A stretch of DNA of 64,000 bases from an uncultured Planctomycetales bacterium (GTDB taxonomy: Bacteria > Omnitrophota > Gorgyraeia > Zapsychrales > JAHFFX01): the NCBI GenBank assembly GCA_964612665.1, contig CAZTCI010000003.1, positions 128,969 through 192,968 on the forward strand, written 5' to 3'. The notes under the pieces were generated by a model. The model was not told the origin of the DNA, searched no databases, and worked only from the letters and a program-made list of their open reading frames with translations. Each line of letters begins with the position of its first letter. The stretch's first letter is position 1. Positions 49,444-59,187 of this stretch are shown in pieces. The position numbers and the translations under genes are program-made.

Positions 49444-50610
49444 TCATGGTCTCCATTTTGAAATCGGCGGGATCTTATTGATATTCACACGATCTTTGTA
49501 CCGGTTGGCCACGTCCATAATCTCAACCAAAAGACTGTCATCTAAAGTCGTCGGCGTTAAACCTTTCTTCAGAAAACATTCGTTGGACACCTTCAGATCA
49601 TTTTTATCCGCTTCCCGGCGAGGATTTTCAATAAAAGCAATTTTCGCGCCTGTCAGCGCCGAAACTTTTTTAGCCAGATCAACCAAACGGTGGGTCTCGG
49701 TCATCTGGTTATAAATGTGAACGCGATCGCCTTTTTTCGGCGGATTAATGAGCGCGAGCTCAATACAACGCACGGAATCCTTAATATGGATGAAAGCTCG
49801 CGTCTGTCCGCCGGTCCCATAAACTGTTAAGGGATGCCCGACGGCCGCTTCCATCAAAAATCGGTTCAAAACAGTTCCGTAATCACTATCATAATCAAAA
49901 CGGTTGATCAACCGCTCGTCTTTTTTCGTTTGATCCGTATCGGTTCCCCAGACGATTCCTTGATGAAGGTCGGTAATACGCAGTTCATAATTTTTGTTAT
50001 AAAAATAAAAAAATAAAGCGTCCTGGGTTTTGGTCATATGATAAATACTGCCCGGATCCGCCGGATAAAGAATCTCTTTTTCAATCCCGCCCTCGGGACC
50101 CGTGACATTAATGCGCAGATACCCTTCGGGAATAACCGCACCCAGCGTTCCATAACCATACACACCCATGGTTCCCAAATGAACCACATGAGTATCAAGT
50201 TTCAATTCAACAATGGCGCTGAGCAAATTATTCGTGGCATTTAAATTATTATCAACGGTATACCGGCGGTGTTTGGAGGATTTCATGGAATAAGGCGCCG
50301 CACGCTGCTCGGCGAAATGAACAACCGCATCCGGCTTTTGCTTTTGAAGGACTTCGAGAAGATAGTGGTAATCTTTCGCCAGATCAAAATTAATAAATTC
50401 AATTTTCTTTCCGCTAATCTCCTGCCAAGCTTTAATGCGGTCGCCGATAGGCCGGATGGGGGTTAAAGACCAGCATTCGAGTTCATTATCAATATTCCGA
50501 CGGGATAAATTATCAACAATGACAACGTCATGTCCTTTGTGAGACAAGTGGAGCGATGTAGGCCAGCCACAGAAACCATCCCCACCGAAGATAATTACTT
50601 TCATCGACAA
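49444..50610 (-). CDS. sqdB: UDP-sulfoquinovose synthase (SQD1/SqdB family SDR)
   Basis: Near-collinear similarity to plant SQD1 was recalled from memory. Matching segments are GGDGFCGW, VDNLSRR, VVHFAEQRAAPYSM, LGTMGVYGY, LNRF..EAAVGHPLTVYGTGGQTRAFIHI and the C-terminal KWR. Confidence 0.85.
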   Translation of the reverse strand: MSMKVIIFGGDGFCGWPTSLHLSHKGHDVVIVDNLSRRNIDNELECWSLTPIRPIGDRIKAWQEISGKKIEFINFDLAKDYHYLLEVLQKQKPDAVVHFAEQRAAPYSMKSSKHRRYTVDNNLNATNNLLSAIVELKLDTHVVHLGTMGVYGYGTLGAVIPEGYLRINVTGPEGGIEKEILYPADPGSIYHMTKTQDALFFYFYNKNYELRITDLHQGIVWGTDTDQTKKDERLINRFDYDSDYGTVLNRFLMEAAVGHPLTVYGTGGQTRAFIHIKDSVRCIELALINPPKKGDRVHIYNQMTETHRLVDLAKKVSALTGAKIAFIENPRREADKNDLKVSNECFLKKGLTPTTLDDSLLVEIMDVANRYKDRVNINKIPPISKWRP

Positions 50611-50719
50611 CCTCTCTTTTTATTAAACTCCCATCAAACTGTGTCGTCTAAAGTCCAATCAAACTTTAAAACCAAACCTTCTACGAAATACCATAAAATA
50701 ACGCCTGGATACATTTTTC

Positions 50720-51769
50720 TTAAGCACTCGGTTGATAAATCCGTCCGTTTTTTTTCGACCAAGCGAAATTAATCCGTTTAAATTTACGGATCAAGCTCGT
50801 ATAGCGGTTATCGTTGTTGGTATTGGTAATGGAACACGTGCCGCAGCCTTTTAACTCGCTTCTCTTATTATGAAACATTAAATCCAAGAAATGTCGTCGG
50901 GAAGCCGAATGCCAGATTTGAGCCAGAGTGTTATTCTTTAAGTCCCCGTATTCCGTCGCGCCTTTCAAATCCATACAGCATTTGGAAATAAATCCTGAAC
51001 TCGACAGCGTGACATTATTAAAGACAAAGGAACAAAAACTTTTGGCGGGTTTATAAACTTTCTGCGGTTTGTTAAACGATTCGTTCCAATATTCCGGACG
51101 CCAAAACGTCACATAATCCGCTTCACCGAAGAGCTCTTTAAATTCTTCACATAAAGCCTTGCCCTGCGAGCGATCATCGCGTCCATTATTGATCTGAATA
51201 AAAACCGGATGGCCGAGCTCCTTATTGCGCTTCAATAAATAACGCATGTTCTTTAACATGACAGGAAATTTCGCGGGCGGCCGCATATCTTCAAAGGTCA
51301 GGCCGTCATGGCCGTCGATGCTGCAGATCAATTGACGGACAACACCGGAGGTTAAAATCAAATCCGCCCGGCGCTCATCCATCAAAACCAAATTATCATT
51401 GAGAATAACATGCGGCCGGAAATGCGGGTGCTCATTCATATATTGGCGGGTTATTGCAATCACTTTCTCAAACTCGGGATAAACAAAAAACTCACCGCTG
51501 ATCGGCCAGTCCATGACTTTAATACGGTATTGTGGATTCTCGGCGATTTCCTTAATGAGCTTCTCATAAATTTTGATGTCCAATGTTTTAGGGCGTTCCA
51601 ATTTTTCCAGAAAACAATATTTACAACGCAAATTACATACCGATGAAAATTCCACCGACAAAATTTTGATATCCCCCAAGGTATTAAACCCTAATTTTAA
51701 ACGCAGGTATCGCAACAACCACACGCCATAATAACCTGCCCATGCCATGCGCTTGATTATTTTTTTCAA
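50720..51769 (-). CDS. Radical SAM / SPASM-domain enzyme
   Basis: The radical-SAM motif CNLRCKYC is present. A C-terminal Cys-rich SPASM/twitch segment reads CCMDLKG...CGTCS. Confidence 0.7.
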   Translation of the reverse strand: MKKIIKRMAWAGYYGVWLLRYLRLKLGFNTLGDIKILSVEFSSVCNLRCKYCFLEKLERPKTLDIKIYEKLIKEIAENPQYRIKVMDWPISGEFFVYPEFEKVIAITRQYMNEHPHFRPHVILNDNLVLMDERRADLILTSGVVRQLICSIDGHDGLTFEDMRPPAKFPVMLKNMRYLLKRNKELGHPVFIQINNGRDDRSQGKALCEEFKELFGEADYVTFWRPEYWNESFNKPQKVYKPAKSFCSFVFNNVTLSSSGFISKCCMDLKGATEYGDLKNNTLAQIWHSASRRHFLDLMFHNKRSELKGCGTCSITNTNNDNRYTSLIRKFKRINFAWSKKNGRIYQPSA

Positions 51770-51867
51770 CTTGCCTCACATTTTGTTGATAAAAATTTTA
51801 TTTGCCTAAATTCTCTCAAAAAAAATTTTGAGTTCAAGCTCTTTCTTCTTTAGCTTGCTAACCTGCA

Positions 51868-53079
51868 CTAGTTCTTCAACCAACCTACTTGCTTAAGAGA
51901 AATAAATAGTTGTTCGGCTGTAAACCGATGACCATGAGGATTAAAATGAACTTCTCCATTTTTGGGGAAAAACCTCTCTTTTGGTTGACCCTTCATAAGC
52001 GGCAATAAATCCAAAGATTGAATATTGTTTTTCTTAAGCCATGGCTTCAATTCATCAAAATAATTTCTTTCTATCTTAAATTTATCAGATCCCAGGACTT
52101 GTTTTAAAAAATTCGGATCAACCTGGAAATTGATTGGGATCATCAGCAATAAAAATTGGGCGTGGTTCTCTCCAGCAACTTCAGCCATTCCTTTAACCAA
52201 ATCCTTAAAACGCTCTTCTTCTTTAAGCATAACGGCATCACTTTGTTTTTTCAAAATGAATGGAAACGGATCTTCACCCCACCAGGTGTGGTGTTTCTGA
52301 TTTTGTAAATAGGAGCACATTTTTTCCCAGTGGTTATAAAGAAAAACGCAGAAATGACTCTCTCGTAATAATGGGACCCGATAAATTCCTTCACTGCCCA
52401 CGGTTTTATTATCCTCGTTCTTTGAGCGAATAATTCCCTCTCCGTCGACATAGATAGCAGGGTTGCTGACCTGAAGAGGCAGACCTCGTTGATCTTTCTT
52501 AGACCAAACTAAATTTTTGGGATCAATGTCATTACCAATAAAAAAACCATAAATGATAATATCCGGCTTAAATTTAATTCCTTTGTTAACCAGCCAGGCG
52601 TAATGTTCGTCAGGATCCCATCCATCAGCATAACCGGCATTGATCACTTCTACGTTCTGATGATCATGTTGAAAAAGTTTCTCCAGCAACACACTATAAG
52701 TCTCACTGTCATCCACGTACACACCGTAGGTGTAAGAATCGCCCAGAATCAAAATGCGTTTTGTGCCTAGCGGTTTCTGAATCGCAATTTCTTTTCCTCT
52801 TAATCCCAATGAATTCGTGGAAGCCTCGACAAATTTCCCCGGATATTCCATTGAAGGGACCTTATCATGAAAGTTAGGTTTTAATGTGAAGGGAATGATG
52901 TCATCAGGAAGAAAAGTCCCTGTTTGAACCAAGGCTTTAAGCCGAGCGTAAATCGGTTGGGGTTTAAATATCCGCAAGACAACTTCAGCTAACAAAAATA
53001 CAATAAATATAGATAGGCTCGTCGTAAGAATCCAGAAAAATCTTAATTTGCTTGAGGAAATTTTTGGATCATCTTTCAT
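51868..53079 (-). CDS. Membrane-anchored SGNH/GDSL hydrolase
   Basis: An N-terminal TM helix precedes the GDS block ILILGDSYTYG. Confidence 0.6.
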   Translation of the reverse strand: MKDDPKISSSKLRFFWILTTSLSIFIVFLLAEVVLRIFKPQPIYARLKALVQTGTFLPDDIIPFTLKPNFHDKVPSMEYPGKFVEASTNSLGLRGKEIAIQKPLGTKRILILGDSYTYGVYVDDSETYSVLLEKLFQHDHQNVEVINAGYADGWDPDEHYAWLVNKGIKFKPDIIIYGFFIGNDIDPKNLVWSKKDQRGLPLQVSNPAIYVDGEGIIRSKNEDNKTVGSEGIYRVPLLRESHFCVFLYNHWEKMCSYLQNQKHHTWWGEDPFPFILKKQSDAVMLKEEERFKDLVKGMAEVAGENHAQFLLLMIPINFQVDPNFLKQVLGSDKFKIERNYFDELKPWLKKNNIQSLDLLPLMKGQPKERFFPKNGEVHFNPHGHRFTAEQLFISLKQVGWLKN

Positions 53080-53150
53080 TAAACAATCCTTTTTTTAATT
53101 ATTTGGTCATTCTAATACACGCTATACATTCAGAACTAAACCTTAAACAC

Positions 53151-53981
53151 TTATTTATTTTTCATTATGATCCGAAATTCCGGATCATACCAGCCTTTGC
53201 CATTGGCTAAAATTGTGGTCTGTTTAAATTGCTTCATCCAGAAAGGATCACCGGATTGATCTTTATAATTTTCGCAAATAAAACAATAACACCAATACAA
53301 TCCAGCACTATAAGAACCTAAAGGCTTGCCTATAATCTGCAGAAGCCTCATGACAACTTGCAACAACCGCAGTAATACCAGACAAAGCCAATTGTATCTA
53401 ACCTTTGTTTTTAACCATATTCCAACGTTGTCTTTATTCCAGACCGCTCCCCACATCCGAAAGCGAATAATCTTAAAAAAATTCTGATGTAGAAAGGCGC
53501 GAAGAAATCTTGATGTCATTAAGCCTGGATAAATCATGAGATGGCCGCCCCAAGAATTCGGGATACTTAAAACTAATTTCCCCCGGGGTTTTAGAACCCG
53601 CTGGATTTCCGCCAGCGCCTGATAAGGATTTTGCAGATGTTCAAAAACCTCCAGGCATATTACCGTATCAAATTGATTATCTTTAAACTTTAATTTCTGA
53701 TTAGAAATATCAGCCAGCTGACTGTCTTTTGTAAATTCTTTTATGCCTTCTAACGCCGATTCCGAAACATCAACAGCGTAAAATTCTACTTTCTTATGTT
53801 GTCGAATATGCTGAGCAATCTCTCCTTTGCCGACTCCAATTTCTAAAACGCAATCATTGTCTTGCACTTCGTCCACGGCCCACTTAAGACGGTCGGTAAG
53901 GATATTGTTCTGTGTTTGGTAGATTGTTTTGGAGGCGGTAATAATATTATTCATTTGGTCAGTTTGAGACAAGCAATACAC
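53151..53981 (-). CDS. Class I SAM-dependent methyltransferase
   Basis: The motif VLEIGVGKGE is present, with a Methyltransf_11-like core. Confidence 0.75.
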   Translation of the reverse strand: MYCLSQTDQMNNIITASKTIYQTQNNILTDRLKWAVDEVQDNDCVLEIGVGKGEIAQHIRQHKKVEFYAVDVSESALEGIKEFTKDSQLADISNQKLKFKDNQFDTVICLEVFEHLQNPYQALAEIQRVLKPRGKLVLSIPNSWGGHLMIYPGLMTSRFLRAFLHQNFFKIIRFRMWGAVWNKDNVGIWLKTKVRYNWLCLVLLRLLQVVMRLLQIIGKPLGSYSAGLYWCYCFICENYKDQSGDPFWMKQFKQTTILANGKGWYDPEFRIIMKNK

Positions 53982-54832
53982 TCCGAGGCTGCCAGGTTTT
54001 TGGGATTAGAAGTAACGGTGTTATCGCGAACGTCAAAATAGATTCCTGTTTGGCAAGAAGCTTTGTCGGCATAATTCCATTGATTGTTTTCATATTTAAA
54101 ATAAGCCGTTGTCATCGATTCAGGCGCGAAGGTCTCCTGCAATTTATCAATCATAGATTCATCAAAAATCTGAAACCACCGGTGATTTTTATAGAGCCCA
54201 TACGGCACCGTAATATAAACCGTTCCTCCTTTTTTTAAAATACGTTTAAATTCTGTAATAGCCTTCAGATATTCATATTTTTGATAATTGAAGCGGTCTT
54301 CTTTTCCCGTATAAAATGAATTGTCCATGCCAACGTGTTCCAAACTTGAAATACAAACAACGGCGTCGAAGTAGTCGGATTGAAAACAAGTTGACCGCAG
54401 ATCGCCATATATATAGGAAGGCGACTGGGCGGAAAAGCACATTCCCTCATAGGCGAGCGTCATAATATATAATTGCCGGTCTCGTAAATTGGCCGTGGAT
54501 AAAATTTCGCCGTGGTTGAGACTCGAACCGGCATCGAGAATAATTTTGTCAGAAGCTTTAAGCTGCGCGAAAACCCATGGATATTCAACCGCGCGTTCAT
54601 CCAGCCCTCGGGCGTAACCCTTAGGCAATTGGGATCGACGAAAAGTTTCCAGATTCTTTTGAATAACTTGAAAAATATAATTAAATTTATAAATTGAATA
54701 ACCTAAACTCCATGGCCGCTGACCGCTCATCTGATAATAAAAACATAGTAAATTTCTTAAAGGTTGGCATCGCGAGACGACAGATCTCAGAAACTTTTTA
54801 AAATCAGTCATTTTAGATAATAGATTTATCAA
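53951..54832 (-). CDS. Putative SAM-dependent methyltransferase-like protein
   Basis: It has a Rossmann-like ILDAGSSLNHG motif. Confidence 0.45.
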   Translation of the reverse strand: MINLLSKMTDFKKFLRSVVSRCQPLRNLLCFYYQMSGQRPWSLGYSIYKFNYIFQVIQKNLETFRRSQLPKGYARGLDERAVEYPWVFAQLKASDKIILDAGSSLNHGEILSTANLRDRQLYIMTLAYEGMCFSAQSPSYIYGDLRSTCFQSDYFDAVVCISSLEHVGMDNSFYTGKEDRFNYQKYEYLKAITEFKRILKKGGTVYITVPYGLYKNHRWFQIFDESMIDKLQETFAPESMTTAYFKYENNQWNYADKASCQTGIYFDVRDNTVTSNPKNLAASECIACLKLTK

Positions 54833-56123
54833 AAAGAAGCATAGGGTTAAAGGCCCTCAGCTGTAAAAAAAACATATCGCGTGTTTTTCGGCTAAACAGG
54901 TTTGACAAAGAAGTCGCGAAGAATTGGGAAATGACCGTCGCGATAGCTGCGCCGTTGATTCCCCATTTAGGGATTAAGAAAAGATTTAAAATGATATTAA
55001 AAACGGCGCCAGCCACCGCATAAATCAGCGTATAGATCTGAAGTTTTTCGGTGATCATCCATTTGCTCCGGGCAACGCCCAAGAACACAAAAATCCCGGC
55101 CCACACATGAATCACCAAAACCTGCGCCGCCGGCAAATAAGCCTGCCCAAATAAAATCTTAATTAACGGGCCCGCCAAAAACATTAAACTCAATGAAAAC
55201 CCAATTGCCAGCCACACGAGAACGGAAAATAAAACTTCCAAACGGTTTAAATACAAAACCTCATCTCTTTTCTTGGCGTTCACAATCGCCGGGAACAAAG
55301 ACGCGGTAACCAACATGGGGATAAAATAAAAGCCCTCACTAATTTTGACCGCAGCAGAGTAATATCCGACGGCAGCAACGCCCAGCATATTCTTGATCAT
55401 GATCTGATCAATCCGCATATAAATAGAAATCGCAACGCCTGACAGCGCGAGCGGCCACGATTCTCTAAACAACTGAGCAAGTCTATCCCAGTTAAAAAGC
55501 AATTTGATGGGAGCTACTTTTTTAAGCTCATAAAGAAAAATGAGACCAATACAAATCAACACCGCTTCCAGCAATAAGACTTCGGCGAACGCTATAAGCG
55601 GGGCCTTGATATAAATGAGAAAAATATAAATTAACGATGTAACGAACAATGAAAACAGTTGCGCATAAGTAACATACTTTGAAGCCACCTTAGACTGAAA
55701 ATAGAAATCAATAACATCCGCCGTCTGAAAAAACATCCGCAACGACATAATCCAAACCATAACCGCCGTATAAAAGGGGATAGAAAAAATCCAAATACAT
55801 AAGCTGATAAGAATGAACGCCAAAAAACTTCCAATCAACTTTAAAAAAAAAGCCTCCGTTAAAATCTGGTTTTTTGCCCCGGCATGATGAACCAGATCCC
55901 TGACCACAACCGCTTCCAGTCCCAAATCTGAAAAAAGATTAAACAGAAAAACAAAGCTTAAAGCATAACTGTACAACCCGAAACGCTCCGGCCCGAGATA
56001 GCGAACGACCATCGCCCAAACAGTCACAACCATTACCGCGCGGATAATTTTTTCTAAAAAAAGAAATCCCGTATTGCTCGCGTATTTTTGAAATCCGGAA
56101 GACTGTAAAAGCGTCTTGATCAT
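54813..56123 (-). CDS. Wzx-type oligosaccharide flippase (polysaccharide biosynthesis / MOP family)
   Basis: The protein is 436 aa with about 12 TM helices. Confidence 0.7.
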   Translation of the reverse strand: MIKTLLQSSGFQKYASNTGFLFLEKIIRAVMVVTVWAMVVRYLGPERFGLYSYALSFVFLFNLFSDLGLEAVVVRDLVHHAGAKNQILTEAFFLKLIGSFLAFILISLCIWIFSIPFYTAVMVWIMSLRMFFQTADVIDFYFQSKVASKYVTYAQLFSLFVTSLIYIFLIYIKAPLIAFAEVLLLEAVLICIGLIFLYELKKVAPIKLLFNWDRLAQLFRESWPLALSGVAISIYMRIDQIMIKNMLGVAAVGYYSAAVKISEGFYFIPMLVTASLFPAIVNAKKRDEVLYLNRLEVLFSVLVWLAIGFSLSLMFLAGPLIKILFGQAYLPAAQVLVIHVWAGIFVFLGVARSKWMITEKLQIYTLIYAVAGAVFNIILNLFLIPKWGINGAAIATVISQFFATSLSNLFSRKTRDMFFLQLRAFNPMLLFDKSII

Positions 56124-57304
56124 CGTTTGGCGTAACGTTCTTTAGCTTGTTCGTAAATTTTCATCAAATATTCATAATTACGGCCGGGGGTGTAGTGGCT
56201 TTCATATTCTCGACGGGCTTCTTGGCCCATGAATGCCATTCTTTTTTTATCATTCAGGAATTTTTGAAGCTGCTTTGCTAAATCCGCTGCATTGCCTGTC
56301 TCAAACAGAAGCCCAGTTCTCCCTTCAGCAATATATTCTTTAATTCCATCGAGCCGACTCGCGATCACTGGCACACCATAAGAGAACGCTTCAACAATCG
56401 TGCGCGGAAAATTGTCGTGGCAGATCGACGGCACAACAACACACGCGGCAGATTTCAAATGACGAATATAATCTTCATCGGAACAATAGCCCAGGACTTG
56501 AACGCGTTTTAAATTTTCTTGAGCAACGGATTCTTTTATTTCCGTAAGGAGCGGACCTTCACCGATGATTTTCAAAGGGACATCCGGCAGTGAAGTCCAG
56601 GCCCTTAAAAGCACGCGCACACCTTTTTCTGCAGAAATGCGGCCGATGTAAAGTGCGTAACCTTGGTCATTTTCACGGCGGCCGTTTTGGTTTTCATAAA
56701 AATGCGGTTTGACGGTGACCTTTTCCGCTGGAATTCCCGCTTCGCCATGTTTGCGCCGGCTGAATTCCGTCGCCGTAATGTAACCGTCGATCAATTGGTT
56801 CCAAGTTCCTTTCTGCCAGTGCTTGTTTAACATCCGAACAACGAGCGCTGTAAAAAGTTTTGAACCTTTATAACAACCATACTTCACCCCGCGCCAGCGC
56901 GAATGATGCAGACATTCTTCACAATGCCGTCCCTCTCTTAAAAACAACGCATTAGCGCACATCAAACGGTAATTATAAAGACTCTGCACAACCGGGACCT
57001 TTGCGTCACGGCAGGCATAATAAACCGCGGGTGTCACCATAAAGAACGTATTGTAAACATGACAAATATCCGCGGCAAAACCTTTAAGAATGCCTTGAAT
57101 CTCATTGTAAGTCTTTTTGGACCAATCCATTTGAAGGATATGTCTTTGCTTTTCAAGAAAATTGTACTGATTAATTTCAGCGTTGCTACGTTCATATAAA
57201 TAAACCTCATGACCATGCCGTCGGAGTAATTCGCTTTCCGCCTGAAAAACAGCATCTTCGCCGCCGAATTGCTGATAGCGGTTGTGGACCATTAGGATTT
57301 TCAT
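56120..57304 (-). CDS. Glycosyltransferase family 4
   Basis: A GT-B C-terminal domain with EAFSYGVPVI-type motif is present. Confidence 0.8.
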   Translation of the reverse strand: MKILMVHNRYQQFGGEDAVFQAESELLRRHGHEVYLYERSNAEINQYNFLEKQRHILQMDWSKKTYNEIQGILKGFAADICHVYNTFFMVTPAVYYACRDAKVPVVQSLYNYRLMCANALFLREGRHCEECLHHSRWRGVKYGCYKGSKLFTALVVRMLNKHWQKGTWNQLIDGYITATEFSRRKHGEAGIPAEKVTVKPHFYENQNGRRENDQGYALYIGRISAEKGVRVLLRAWTSLPDVPLKIIGEGPLLTEIKESVAQENLKRVQVLGYCSDEDYIRHLKSAACVVVPSICHDNFPRTIVEAFSYGVPVIASRLDGIKEYIAEGRTGLLFETGNAADLAKQLQKFLNDKKRMAFMGQEARREYESHYTPGRNYEYLMKIYEQAKERYAKR

Positions 57305-57418
57305 AACTCGAAATTAAGGAGAGAGTTCTTCTTCGCTCTTATACTTTTGTGTAAGAGCTTCGAAGGAATTCCTGCGAAGCCCAAACATAAGAATATTTGG
57401 GCGAAGCAGAACTCCTCG

Positions 57419-58135
57419 CTACTCTTTAAAGAATTGAGTCTTATTCTTCTCAAAAACATCCTGTGCCGCTTGGAGATCAACCATACGGCCCAAATCAAAC
57501 CACATATCGTTCATCTCAAAGCAGTAAACGGACTGGTTGTTTTGTTTTATACGAAGCATCAATTCAGGCATGCCCAAAATTTCTTTGGAGCGGACAAATT
57601 CCGTGCATTGTTTATTGAGAACATTGATTCCTAAACTTAAAAAAGATTCCGCCTTCGGTTTCTCAACGTAATCCGTCATGAGCAAATTTTTATTAAAAGT
57701 GATGACGCCAAAATCGTTTTGCGTCACGCATTTCTTAACGGCAATCGTCGCCAGGCCTTTTCTTTTTTTGTGGAAGTCGAACAGACTGCGGAAATTTAAA
57801 TCGGTCAACGTATCACCGTTGATGACCAGAAAATTATCTTTCAGTTTTGGAATCGCTTTAAGCGCGCCGGCGGTCCCCAGCGGTTCGTCTTCACGCACGT
57901 AACGGATGGAAACGCCCCAGCGTTTTCCGTCGGCAAAATAAGCTTCAATCAATTCCGCCAGATGCCCGGTTGAAATCACAATATCGGTGATACCATAAAA
58001 TTTAAGCTGGCGGATGATAATTTCAGCGATGGGAAATTCACCGATTGGAATGAGCGGTTTGGGTAAAATCGTTGTGTATGGCCGCAAGCGCGATCCTTTT
58101 CCGCCGGCGAGAATGACCGCCTGCCAATTAGACAT
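57419..58135 (-). CDS. Sugar-1-phosphate nucleotidyltransferase
   Basis: The motif AVILAGGKGSRLRPYTTILPKPL is present. Confidence 0.85.
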   Translation of the reverse strand: MSNWQAVILAGGKGSRLRPYTTILPKPLIPIGEFPIAEIIIRQLKFYGITDIVISTGHLAELIEAYFADGKRWGVSIRYVREDEPLGTAGALKAIPKLKDNFLVINGDTLTDLNFRSLFDFHKKRKGLATIAVKKCVTQNDFGVITFNKNLLMTDYVEKPKAESFLSLGINVLNKQCTEFVRSKEILGMPELMLRIKQNNQSVYCFEMNDMWFDLGRMVDLQAAQDVFEKNKTQFFKE

Positions 58136-59120
58136 TGTAGATCTCCGCTTTATAGTGTTTTAATTTTTCCTGAATCCACGCGCAGGTTTTTTGAAGGCCG
58201 TCTTCCAAAGAAACATCGGGTTTCCAGCGGCAGACTTTTGTTAGTGCGGTGCTGTCGCAGACCAAACGCTCCACTTCACTTTTTCCGGGCCGGAAACGTT
58301 TTTCATCCGTCGTGATTTCAACCGGTTTATCCAAGATTTTTCCGATCAGCGCGGCTAATTCGCGGATGGAAATTTCTCGGTTGCTGCCGCTGTTAAACGT
58401 GAAACCGATCGTTTTGTCATGGAGGGCCACAGTTAAGAAAGCATCGACGGTGTTTGTGACATAATTAAAATCGCGGGTAGTTTCGACATTGCCTAATTTA
58501 ATTTTCTTCTGCCCGGAAAAAATTTGGGTGATGATCGTCGGAATAACTGCGCGGGCGGATTGGCGCGGACCAAAGGTGTTGAAAGGACGAAGTACGGTGA
58601 CAGGAAGATTAAAGGAACGGTAAAAAGAAATCGCAAGCTGGTCGGCGGCGGCTTTGGTTGCCGCGTAAGGTGATTGAGGTTCAATCGGATGTTTCTCATC
58701 CATCGGCACGTATTGAGCTGTGCCAAAAACTTCGCTGGTTGAGGTATGAATAATCCGTCCAACATTCAGCCGGCGCGCCGCTTGCAAAATATTAAGCGTC
58801 CCTTTGACATTGGTGTCGACGTAACTATCCGGAGAATGAAAACTAAATGGAATCCCAATAAGCGCGGCCAAATGAAAAACAATATCTATTCCTTCCATCG
58901 CCTTGGCAACGCCGTGCGGATCGCGGACGTCGCCGGTAAAAACATCCAGTTTACTCAAGAGCTTCGGCGGCAGCGTCTCAAGCCAGCCCCAGCTATTAAA
59001 GGAATTGTAATAAACAAATGCTCTGACTTCGGCGCCTTCTTTAGCTAAACGTTCAGTTAAATGACTTCCAATGAATCCATCAGCACCTGTTACAAGAATC
59101 TTACGTTTTTTCCAAGACAT
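58128..59120 (-). CDS. NAD-dependent sugar epimerase/dehydratase (extended SDR)
   Basis: The nucleotide-binding glycine motif is GADGFIGSH. The catalytic YxxxK appears as YAATKAA. Confidence 0.85.
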   Translation of the reverse strand: MSWKKRKILVTGADGFIGSHLTERLAKEGAEVRAFVYYNSFNSWGWLETLPPKLLSKLDVFTGDVRDPHGVAKAMEGIDIVFHLAALIGIPFSFHSPDSYVDTNVKGTLNILQAARRLNVGRIIHTSTSEVFGTAQYVPMDEKHPIEPQSPYAATKAAADQLAISFYRSFNLPVTVLRPFNTFGPRQSARAVIPTIITQIFSGQKKIKLGNVETTRDFNYVTNTVDAFLTVALHDKTIGFTFNSGSNREISIRELAALIGKILDKPVEITTDEKRFRPGKSEVERLVCDSTALTKVCRWKPDVSLEDGLQKTCAWIQEKLKHYKAEIYNV

Positions 59121-59187
59121 AATTTTTTTCTCAGCCTTTTTCTGTAGACCACTGCTTTTTAAAAAAAATTCCGGAGCATTATAGAGC

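Noticed and set aside
57305-57418. Two short hairpins (gctctta...taagagc and gcccaaa...tttgggc) plus a plus-strand AAGGAGAG Shine-Dalgarno-like sequence, suggesting a small plus-strand gene
   Set aside because: No start codon follows the Shine-Dalgarno-like sequence. The hairpins are best explained as terminator or processing structures after the nucleotidyltransferase gene. They are not reported as a gene.
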